Positions 57,622 through 64,000 of a stretch of DNA of 64,000 nt are shown here, in pieces; position 1 is the stretch's first letter, and each line of letters starts with the position of its first letter. Origin of the DNA: a virus. The notes below the pieces were generated by a model. That model was not told where the DNA came from, ran no database searches, and saw only the letters and a list, made by a program, of their open reading frames with translations. Position numbers and translations under genes: made by a program. The DNA lies in IMG/VR virus record IMGVR_UViG_3300045988_158973, positions 36,524 to 100,523 of that record. One strand, given 5' to 3'.

Positions 57622-59044
57622 CTACCGACGTATTACGCCGACCGCGTTTCGATTTAGTGGCGTGTTGCTCTTCAGCTATTTCCTCCCACGGCATTTCCAG
57701 CGTGCGCTTGCGGTCATAGAACCGTGAGTAGATCATATTATTACAAATACGGATAATGTCCCCTGCCTTGTGCTCGCGTGCCTTATCCAAGTACAACCGC
57801 ATGATTTCTTCCTTACGTTCGTCGGAGGTGAAGTTCATCGTCACAAAACCGTCCATCGGGTTCACCTTACCTTTGGCCTCTGAAAGATTGTAGCGCGTTA
57901 TGACGAAGTCGGGGTCGTTTTGTAATTCGGGTGGAATACCGTTGGCCTGCGTAGCGACGTGAACCACGGCGTTGAACTCCATAGCCATCATCTTGGCCTG
58001 TTGAGCCAGTTTCGTCTGGCGAAACCGTTCCTCGTTCATCGAATAGCTGTGACCGTCGCCCAATTCAGCCAGTTCAAGGTAGTCCCAAATAATCATATCC
58101 ACCTTACCGTAGGCACGTTCGATATCTTGAAGTTCTTGACGCATCTGGGTAACGGTCATGCCGCCGAAACTTTCCACGGCAATGACTATGATGTCGGTCT
58201 TTCCTAATTTGGCTACAACGCGCTGTGCCATTTTCAGTTTATTGTCTGAGATGTTGCCGACTTTAACGTCTTGGTAGACGCCACCCAGCCACGCTGAATC
58301 GTATCGCGCCATGGCCTGCTCGCGAGTACCTTCCAACTGAAAATGCACCACGCGATACCCCTGACGTGCAGCGGCTATGCCTAAATGGACCATCGCGAAC
58401 GATTTACCAGCCCCCGATATCCCCATCCACAGCCACGCCTCTCCGGTTTCAGGGCCACCGTTAGAACCGCCCAACTTGTAATCCAACTCGTCGATACACG
58501 TCGGAATGCGGAATCGGTAGTTCCAATCGTTGCTGCGGCGCTCCAGCTGGCGGCGGTTGAAGTCGCTGAACACGCGATCGTATTTGGCATTCTGGATAGT
58601 GAAGTGTGATATTTCCTCGGCTGAATTGATGAGTATGTTGTATGCCTTTTCCTTGTTGCCGGAATTGTAGGCATCAGCGATACGGTCGTTAGCGTCCAAG
58701 AACTTCATTTGACGAATATACGCTTCCAAAGAAGTTATCAACGACGGTACGTCTTCATCCGTCACGTCAACGTCGCGAATATTCTCGATTAACTCCAGTA
58801 CACCTTCATCGTCCAAGAACGCCTGCTGCAACTGACCCACTGTCGGTACACGCCCGGTTTTTGAATGACGTTCGGTCATCAGTTTCCAAACCTTCTTTTC
58901 GGCCTCAACCTGAAGATACGAAAAGCGCAAATATTGCTTCAATATATCGAACACCGAGCGTTTACGCATAGCCACTGAAAACAGTTCGGTAATAAGGCTT
59001 GACGATAGTCTATCTTTCAGCATATCCTCGTATTTTGTATACAA
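57608..59044 (-). CDS. dnaB: DnaB-like replicative helicase
   Basis: WLWMGISGAGKSFAMVHLGIAAARQGYRVVHFQLEGT (Walker A and the DnaB C-domain pattern) and MIIWDYLELAE (Walker B). The start is uncertain (59044 or 59023). Confidence 0.75.
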   Translation of the reverse strand: MYTKYEDMLKDRLSSSLITELFSVAMRKRSVFDILKQYLRFSYLQVEAEKKVWKLMTERHSKTGRVPTVGQLQQAFLDDEGVLELIENIRDVDVTDEDVPSLITSLEAYIRQMKFLDANDRIADAYNSGNKEKAYNILINSAEEISHFTIQNAKYDRVFSDFNRRQLERRSNDWNYRFRIPTCIDELDYKLGGSNGGPETGEAWLWMGISGAGKSFAMVHLGIAAARQGYRVVHFQLEGTREQAMARYDSAWLGGVYQDVKVGNISDNKLKMAQRVVAKLGKTDIIVIAVESFGGMTVTQMRQELQDIERAYGKVDMIIWDYLELAELGDGHSYSMNEERFRQTKLAQQAKMMAMEFNAVVHVATQANGIPPELQNDPDFVITRYNLSEAKGKVNPMDGFVTMNFTSDERKEEIMRLYLDKAREHKAGDIIRICNNMIYSRFYDRKRTLEMPWEEIAEEQHATKSKRGRRNTSVDDDE

Positions 59045-59639
59045 GCGGGTAATTCACACCCAGTAATTTTTTACATTGTTGTTTGAACCTACACGTCGCA
59101 CACCACGGACTTCGATGATGGTAGAGTGTAGTGTTTATGATACACCACGCAAAGCCCTTATTCACTCCGTAGAAGGCTGCCTTGGCCTTTTCTTCGCGAT
59201 CGATAAGCCTAATAAGTAACGCTGGCAACTCGGTTTCGTTCTTGAGCGTAGAAACGTCAAAACGACTCTTCAAGCCTGCAGCAGTGTAGCGCGTGGCAGT
59301 AGTGGGATAAACCTTCTCCCAAGACTTTATGGCGACCTTGCTCACCATCCACGTCAACCGCGTCCGGCTTAACGCCTTACGGCTCACGCTGGAGCGGTCG
59401 CCGTACCGACATTGTAATTGAAACAGAATGAACCGTCGTACGAAGTCCTCTCCGGCTGCGGGATAGCGTTCCGTGAAGTGGTTCCATGTGTGGATGTCAG
59501 TATCATTCACGCGAAACGTTTGACGCATATCGCACCCCATCTGGTACAACACATCCACCAACAACCTCACGGCGTATCGGTAGAGTGCAGGTTTACGGAT
59601 AACCAAATCGTCAGCCATCGTTCTAACGTTTTTAACCAA
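59010..59639 (-). CDS. hypothetical protein (up to 209 aa; start uncertain)
   Basis: Minus-strand ORF. The longest form overlaps the upstream helicase by 73 nt. Alternative ATGs are at 59618 and 59540. Confidence 0.45.
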   Translation of the reverse strand: MVKNVRTMADDLVIRKPALYRYAVRLLVDVLYQMGCDMRQTFRVNDTDIHTWNHFTERYPAAGEDFVRRFILFQLQCRYGDRSSVSRKALSRTRLTWMVSKVAIKSWEKVYPTTATRYTAAGLKSRFDVSTLKNETELPALLIRLIDREEKAKAAFYGVNKGFAWCIINTTLYHHRSPWCATCRFKQQCKKLLGVNYPLVYKIRGYAER

Positions 59640-61114
59640 TCATCAACCGCTGTGTCGAGTATTCCAATTCCTTCTTCACCAACAGCCTTAACGTAGGTAT
59701 TTAACCGTGTCGATGAGTGTTCGGAGAAATACGCATCGTCAATATCAATGAAGTCTATTATGGCAGAGCGCGTTTTAGCCTCTGTTGCGCCAAGAACACG
59801 ACCTTTGCGCTGGATAGTGTTGGCGTTCTCCAACCCGCCATCGACATTGAACAGTATCTCCACTTCAGGCAGCGTAACGCCTTTCTTGAAGATATTCGAC
59901 GCCATCAGTACGCCGCCATCAGTACGCGCCAGAAATTCGTTCTTTACGCGCCCACGCTCTTCGTTATCGGTATCGCCGTGAATGAACGTATGACCCGTAA
60001 GTTCGCTGATGTGACGACCATGATCAACGGATTGAAACATCACCAGCGTCTTGAACCCGCGCTCACGACACATGGCAATGACCTTAACGACTATGGCGTC
60101 GCGTATTTGAGAGTTGAATATCAACGCCTTTTGGTACGCTGCATAGGTAGCTGCACGCAAGGCGCGAGCGTCTTGCTCCAAAGCCAGTAGGAACACTTTG
60201 TATTCAGTCAATACACCGCGTTCGCGCAGCGTTTCTTCTTGAATACGATAAACGACATCACCGCTCCAAGCCTTCAGATGTAAGTTCTCCACAAACGCTT
60301 CTGCGCGATACGGCGTGGCCGAAAGGCTCAGCTGATGTGTGAGGCGCTTACAACTTCGATATATCTTCAACTTGGGCGCTGATGCGTTATCGTGTACTTC
60401 GTCAACGATCAAGAACCGCAAACTCTTCAAGAAGTTTTTCAACTGGTTCTTCTTGCCTGTTTCCTTACACCGTTTCGACAACGTAGACTGGACGGTCTGA
60501 ATCATGCCAACAGTCACACGCTTTTCGGTGTCGATACGCCCGGCGCGTATTTCGCCAATTTCGATGCCGCCATACGGTTCAAAATAGCGCTTAAAATCAT
60601 CGATCGCCTGCTGGAATAGGGTTTTACTGTCTACCAGAAAAAGAGCCTTGCTTGATACGGCTTCGGTCTTCAAGAAGATTCGTATGCACTCTCCGGCGAT
60701 GTAGGTCTTGCCGCCACGCGTGGGGACGACTATGATTCCAATTCGGCGCCTGAAGAATGCCTCAACAGCTCGTCGCTGGTGGATGTACTTTCCCGACAAA
60801 CGTTCGTCGATCTTCACCGAACGCGGTAATTTGAAGTCATAGTCCGTCAAGCGATACTCCCGCCCCGCAGACGATAGCTTCTTTACCAACGTAGGTAGCA
60901 TACCAACCTTGAACGTGAACGCACGACGATCAAACATTTGAATCTGGTCTGAATACGCAAATGGGCTTGGGTTGCGGTACGTTAGCGCCTTCGCCACGAT
61001 ACTTTTACCCAAGCTATCAGACCCGACAAACGAGTACTCAAAAAAGTTTACGCGAACTATTTCTATCCTGTACGCTGCCATAAGCATATCCACGCCGCTG
61101 CGGGCGATTTTCAT
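59567..61114 (-). CDS. SF2 DEAD/DEAH-box helicase (ResIII-like)
   Basis: Motif I VVPTRGGKTYIAG, motif II LIVDEVHDN, motif III SATPYR and motif VI QRKGRVLG. The start may be 61087 or 61081. Confidence 0.8.
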   Translation of the reverse strand: MKIARSGVDMLMAAYRIEIVRVNFFEYSFVGSDSLGKSIVAKALTYRNPSPFAYSDQIQMFDRRAFTFKVGMLPTLVKKLSSAGREYRLTDYDFKLPRSVKIDERLSGKYIHQRRAVEAFFRRRIGIIVVPTRGGKTYIAGECIRIFLKTEAVSSKALFLVDSKTLFQQAIDDFKRYFEPYGGIEIGEIRAGRIDTEKRVTVGMIQTVQSTLSKRCKETGKKNQLKNFLKSLRFLIVDEVHDNASAPKLKIYRSCKRLTHQLSLSATPYRAEAFVENLHLKAWSGDVVYRIQEETLRERGVLTEYKVFLLALEQDARALRAATYAAYQKALIFNSQIRDAIVVKVIAMCRERGFKTLVMFQSVDHGRHISELTGHTFIHGDTDNEERGRVKNEFLARTDGGVLMASNIFKKGVTLPEVEILFNVDGGLENANTIQRKGRVLGATEAKTRSAIIDFIDIDDAYFSEHSSTRLNTYVKAVGEEGIGILDTAVDDWLKTLERWLTIWLSVNLHSTDTP

Positions 61115-61397
61115 ACTCTTTCTTTAACTTTGAAGCCGTCAGATCGCTTGGCATAGGCTTCACCACCACCCAAACGCCATATTGCGGCGAATGACGTATG
61201 TAACCTGCGCCCGCCATCAGGTTGAAGTATGAGTTCATTGTCGTCAACGAACCATACTTGCGATAATTTTCAGCGCGTTCTTCCAATATGGCGCGTATAG
61301 CCTTTTGAGTCACCAAACTGCCATACGAACACTTGGACATATACTCACGAATAACGCTCCAAGCGGTAACGCTGGTCTTTGTTCTGCGAAATACCAT
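61038..61397 (-). CDS. hypothetical protein, possible winged-helix (119 aa)
   Basis: Minus-strand ORF. ..MNSYFNLMAGAGYIRHSPQYGVWVV.. looks like a wHTH wing. Confidence 0.45.
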   Translation of the reverse strand: MVFRRTKTSVTAWSVIREYMSKCSYGSLVTQKAIRAILEERAENYRKYGSLTTMNSYFNLMAGAGYIRHSPQYGVWVVVKPMPSDLTASKLKKEYENRPQRRGYAYGSVQDRNSSRKLF

Positions 61398-61399
61398 GA

Positions 61400-61759
61400 T
61401 TAATTCTCCTTGTCGATTAAGTTAGCATAGATATTCACCAGCTCATTCAAGAACTCCAACCGCACGTACTTTTTACCCTCTGGCCACCAAAACGCCGTTC
61501 GTTGATTAGCTTCAGGAGGACGACGAAATGCTGGGATGAGTTTCTTCACAGGAAAACCGCTAACGGTATCGTCGCATCGGCAACACCAGAAGAAATAGTT
61601 GATTTCACTGTTTAAGTTTTCGTCATCAGTTACCTTACGCCCATTATCAAAGATCACCTTTCGGAACAGATGGCACAAGCCCGGATATTCATCGAAGTTC
61701 TTACGCCATTCGTCACGCGCTCTCACGCATATCTTGAATCGCCATTCATTTGCGGTCAT
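61400..61759 (-). CDS. hypothetical protein (119 aa)
   Basis: First gene after the 61760-62111 intergenic region. Confidence 0.5.
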   Translation of the reverse strand: MTANEWRFKICVRARDEWRKNFDEYPGLCHLFRKVIFDNGRKVTDDENLNSEINYFFWCCRCDDTVSGFPVKKLIPAFRRPPEANQRTAFWWPEGKKYVRLEFLNELVNIYANLIDKEN

Positions 61760-61794
61760 TTTCTTTCAATATTTTTTGTTTCACAATCACAGCC

Positions 61795-61864
61795 TCACGC
61801 ACGCACACAAGAATCATTCTTGCTGGTGGGGGATATAGCGAAGGAGGTTTACCCCCTTTCCCCC
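61795..61864. other. RY-alternating tract + hairpin + G5/C5 runs (same layout as 24628-24871)
   Basis: ctcacgcacgcacac (61795-61808), caagaa-tca-ttcttg (61808-61822), GGGGGATATAG (61828-) and CCCCC at 61852 and 61860. Confidence 0.55.
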
Positions 61865-62064
61865 TACTGCCAATAGGAAGTCTTGCTGTATGGGTCGCGT
61901 GTCGTTGAAGTGGTTTACCCCTGTTTATCCCGAACACCGTTGCACGCTTTGGTAACCACATAAACGTTGTAAGCCATTAGGCGACGCAAAACGTTCCGGC
62001 GAGGTACGTGTATAGGCTCGTAAAGGAAAACTCGCTGCCAATGAGATTTTCAGCCCTACAACGC

Positions 62065-62089
62065 GAAAAGCCCCGGCGTGAACCGGGGC
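62065..62089 (-). terminator. hairpin terminator after 62112 gene
   Basis: The minus strand reads GCCCCGG-TTCACG-CCGGGGC followed by TTTTCG. Confidence 0.7.
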
Positions 62090-62111
62090 CTCTCTTTACG
62101 AACTGCTGTCG

Positions 62112-62549
62112 TTACCGCTTGGGTGGGTATTTCTTATTCGAAATATACTTAAACCACCCAAACCAATGATTCCAGAAGTGACGCGAATAATCGGGGTCGT
62201 CCTGGGTATATTGGCATTCGGTTTCGAAACAGATGTTCTTGTACGCCATGTTATACGGCGGAAGCAGGATTTCAATCAACCAGCATGCCACGTACATGGC
62301 ATAATACGACGCCACCCAAAGCAACCACCACCAAGGGTTGTAATCGTAGATGAGCCACGTTGCAAGGAACAACGCAAAGGAGGTGATCATGATTTGAAGA
62401 ACCTGGTGCCAGTGACGACGCTCGTGACGGTAAACAGTTGCCGGGATATTACGTCCGTGTGCCGTATCTTCGCGAACGAAAATCATGAACCACAGGGTCA
62501 TCATCCAGAACCCCTTGACGGGAATTAGCTTGTTGAAGATAATCCACAT
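62112..62549 (-). CDS. polytopic membrane protein with HExxH motif (putative zincin-like peptidase)
   Basis: YRHERRHWHQ (HERRH = HExxH) flanked by several hydrophobic helices (FWMMTLWFMIFV, IMITSFALFLATWLIY, WWLLWVASYYAMYVACWLIEILL). Confidence 0.35.
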   Translation of the reverse strand: MWIIFNKLIPVKGFWMMTLWFMIFVREDTAHGRNIPATVYRHERRHWHQVLQIMITSFALFLATWLIYDYNPWWWLLWVASYYAMYVACWLIEILLPPYNMAYKNICFETECQYTQDDPDYSRHFWNHWFGWFKYISNKKYPPKR

Positions 62550-62562
62550 ATCCTACCGTAGT

Positions 62563-62865
62563 TTAGGCGCCAGCCGTGGTGTTGATGGTGCAGGTGTTAC
62601 CCTCGACCGTTCCGCTACCCTGAGCCGTACCCGTGAGGGTGATGGTCTGCAGGAGGTCGGTCTTCTTGGCGTACTCCTCCATGTTGGGCTTGCCCTGAAC
62701 GTCATCCCAGTTAACCTGGGCGCTGCCGCCCTGACCAGCATCGGCCAGTTTCAGGTCAACAATCTCGAGCAGGTCGTTGACCGTCTCCATCGTGGCGTAG
62801 GGAGTAATCTGCAGGCTTTCGCGAATCTTGGCGACGAGGGCCTTAATCTTCTCTGTGTTGCTCAT
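62563..62865 (-). CDS. hypothetical structural-region protein (100 aa)
   Basis: The start is reset to ATG 62865 (MSNTEKIKAL). The C-terminal part is G/T/S-rich. Confidence 0.5.
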   Translation of the reverse strand: MSNTEKIKALVAKIRESLQITPYATMETVNDLLEIVDLKLADAGQGGSAQVNWDDVQGKPNMEEYAKKTDLLQTITLTGTAQGSGTVEGNTCTINTTAGA

Positions 62866-62899
62866 AATTTTGATTATTAAAGTGTTAATGAAAAGGTTT

Positions 62900-63211
62900 C
62901 TAACTCTTGGGGAATCCGGCCTTGGTGGTATTGTCGTAAAGACCAACGGTCTGGGCCGTATCCCATGTAGCAATAACCAGGTTGTCGGTAAGTTGTATGA
63001 CCTTCAATTGCCGCGAACTTTGAGAGCCAGTAGGCACGCCCGGTGTGTCGGTGGTGAAGGTCACGGTCTTTTGACGTTGAACTCCTGTGTAGTTTGGGTC
63101 CGACGTCACTTCAACCGAGGTTGTTCCAGGTAGCTTAGCCGGGTCGAACGACACATAGAAACTGTCGCCAGAACCGTCTCCCCAAGCAATTGTTGTTTTC
63201 TGAATAGCCAT
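62900..63211 (-). CDS. Ig-like / BACON-like domain protein (103 aa)
   Basis: Beta-strand-rich: TIAWGDGSGDSFYVSFDP..TSVEVTSDPNYTGVQRQKTVTFTT... Confidence 0.4.
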   Translation of the reverse strand: MAIQKTTIAWGDGSGDSFYVSFDPAKLPGTTSVEVTSDPNYTGVQRQKTVTFTTDTPGVPTGSQSSRQLKVIQLTDNLVIATWDTAQTVGLYDNTTKAGFPKS

Positions 63212-63226
63212 ACTCGTTTAATTGTT

Positions 63227-63254
63227 CCCGGAGGAAGGTCGCCCCGCCTCCGGG
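63227..63254 (-). terminator. intergenic hairpin between two structural genes (partial terminator or processing site)
   Basis: The minus strand reads CCCGGAGG-loop12-CCTCCGGG, an 8-bp GC stem. The trailing sequence is not T-rich. Confidence 0.35.
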
Positions 63255-63272
63255 ATGATGGGGTTTGAAACG

Positions 63273-63899
63273 TTACGATACCGTGAACGTGGTGTTGGTC
63301 GTTACAGCGATCGTCACGCCCGAACCGTCCTGCGGTACATTGACCGAAGCCTTGTCGATGTTCAGGTACGGATCGCCGGCAGCCTGCTTCAGCGTAATGG
63401 TAGCGGTCTTGGTGCCCTTGGTGGTCGCCGTGATCTGCTGGGTACGCTCCGAGATAGTGGTGTTGGCGGCGGCTTCGAGCGTCAGCGCGAATGCGAACTT
63501 CTTCGTTGCGCCGGGGTCGCTGGGAATAGCCGTTCCCGACGTAGCGGCAGCGCCGTTGGCCTGATACGAAATTGCTGCGATGTCTTCCGTGATAATGGCG
63601 CCGGCAGCCTTCGAGAACGTGATGGTATCGGTATTGGACATACCGTCCAGCACTACCGATCCACCCTCCTTGGGCACAGCGGCTTCGGCGCCGTCATCGA
63701 ACGAGATGAACTCGGCAGCAGCCTGAAGGATTGCAGCGAACTGCTTGTTGGGGGAAACACCGGGAGCGGTGATTGTGAAGTTGTCCGTCTGGTTCAGACG
63801 GTTGCCCAGATTAGCGGTTTTCGCCTTGAGCGTGAGCTGGGTGTCACCCGACCCCGAACCGGGGGTACAGATAACGTAGCTTTTTGTTACATCAGCCAT
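63273..63899 (-). CDS. Ig-like repeat structural protein (208 aa), probably highly expressed
   Basis: T/A/S-rich beta pattern with two Ig-like halves (..GDTQLTLKAKTANLG.. and ..ATITLKQAAGDPYLNIDKASVNVPQDGSGVTIAVTTNTTFTVS). An A11 leader precedes it and a hairpin follows it. Confidence 0.5.
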   Translation of the reverse strand: MADVTKSYVICTPGSGSGDTQLTLKAKTANLGNRLNQTDNFTITAPGVSPNKQFAAILQAAAEFISFDDGAEAAVPKEGGSVVLDGMSNTDTITFSKAAGAIITEDIAAISYQANGAAATSGTAIPSDPGATKKFAFALTLEAAANTTISERTQQITATTKGTKTATITLKQAAGDPYLNIDKASVNVPQDGSGVTIAVTTNTTFTVS

Positions 63900-63902
63900 A
63901 GC

Positions 63903-63913
63903 TTTTTTTTTTT
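63903..63913 (-). repeat. A11 homopolymer (T11 on plus strand) in the 5' leader, ending 3 nt before the ATG
   Basis: The minus strand reads CTCAAAAAAAAAAAGCT ATG(63899). Confidence 0.9.
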
Positions 63914-64000
63914 GAGATGGAAGTTATTCTACAGTAAAATCTGTATTCGTAAATACCATGTTCTTGCTCTCTTCCAAGGGGTCTTGACTTACATAGACAA

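Noticed and set aside
61746-61961. 71-aa minus-strand ORF in the 61760-62111 intergenic region
   Set aside because: It is built from the G5/C5 and RY tracts (Pro/Arg/Gly-rich) and has no start context. The region is better explained as a non-coding element.
1-64000. CRISPR arrays, diversity-generating retroelements, integrase/att sites, transposases
   Set aside because: I saw no regularly spaced direct repeats, no reverse transcriptase, and no integrase- or transposase-like ORFs. The only mobile elements are the intein and the GIY-YIG cassette.

Overview
This window is a densely packed segment of a dsDNA bacteriophage or prophage. I call about 88 protein genes and one tRNA, all on the minus strand. 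Most genes overlap or are separated by less than 50 nt. All plus-strand ORFs in the track look like antisense shadows.

Modules, in transcription order (high to low coordinates):
- Ig-like structural genes.
- Replication: SF2 helicase, DnaB-like helicase, DnaG-type primase, a Pol III alpha (DnaE) gene split in two by a GIY-YIG homing endonuclease gene, UvrD-like helicase, DnaQ-like exonuclease, HU and FEN.
- Nucleotide metabolism and probable DNA base modification: a divergent thymidylate-synthase homologue, a YfbR-like HD nucleotidase, a dUTPase with an insertion and a Zn ribbon, a GT-A-like protein, a ferritin-like protein, an aGPT-pyrophosphorylase-like protein and a radical SAM/SPASM enzyme.
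- Recombination: SSB-like, RecA/UvsX-like, Mre11/Rad50-like and RuvC-like proteins.
- Two sigma-70-like factors.
- Packaging and morphogenesis: a large terminase interrupted by a LAGLIDADG intein in its P-loop, a portal and an SPP1 gp7-like head protein.
- A membrane-protein (lysis-like) cluster.

Non-coding highlights:
- A 760-nt hairpin-dense, ORF-free locus encloses tRNA-Gln(UUG). It is a candidate large structured RNA.
- Five copies of a conserved promoter/leader cassette have Bacteroidota-type -33/-7 geometry.
- A second recurrent upstream motif, GCCAACGTTAT, precedes many genes.
- Two unusual intergenic regions combine purine/pyrimidine-alternating tracts, hairpins and G5/C5 runs.
- There are many hairpin terminators.

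The promoter geometry and the absence of Shine-Dalgarno sequences suggest a Bacteroidota host.

All functional calls come from motifs read by eye in the translations. No database search, HMM or folding program was run, so family assignments, especially aGPT-Pplase, the glycosyltransferase, the sigma factors and the SSB, need confirmation.
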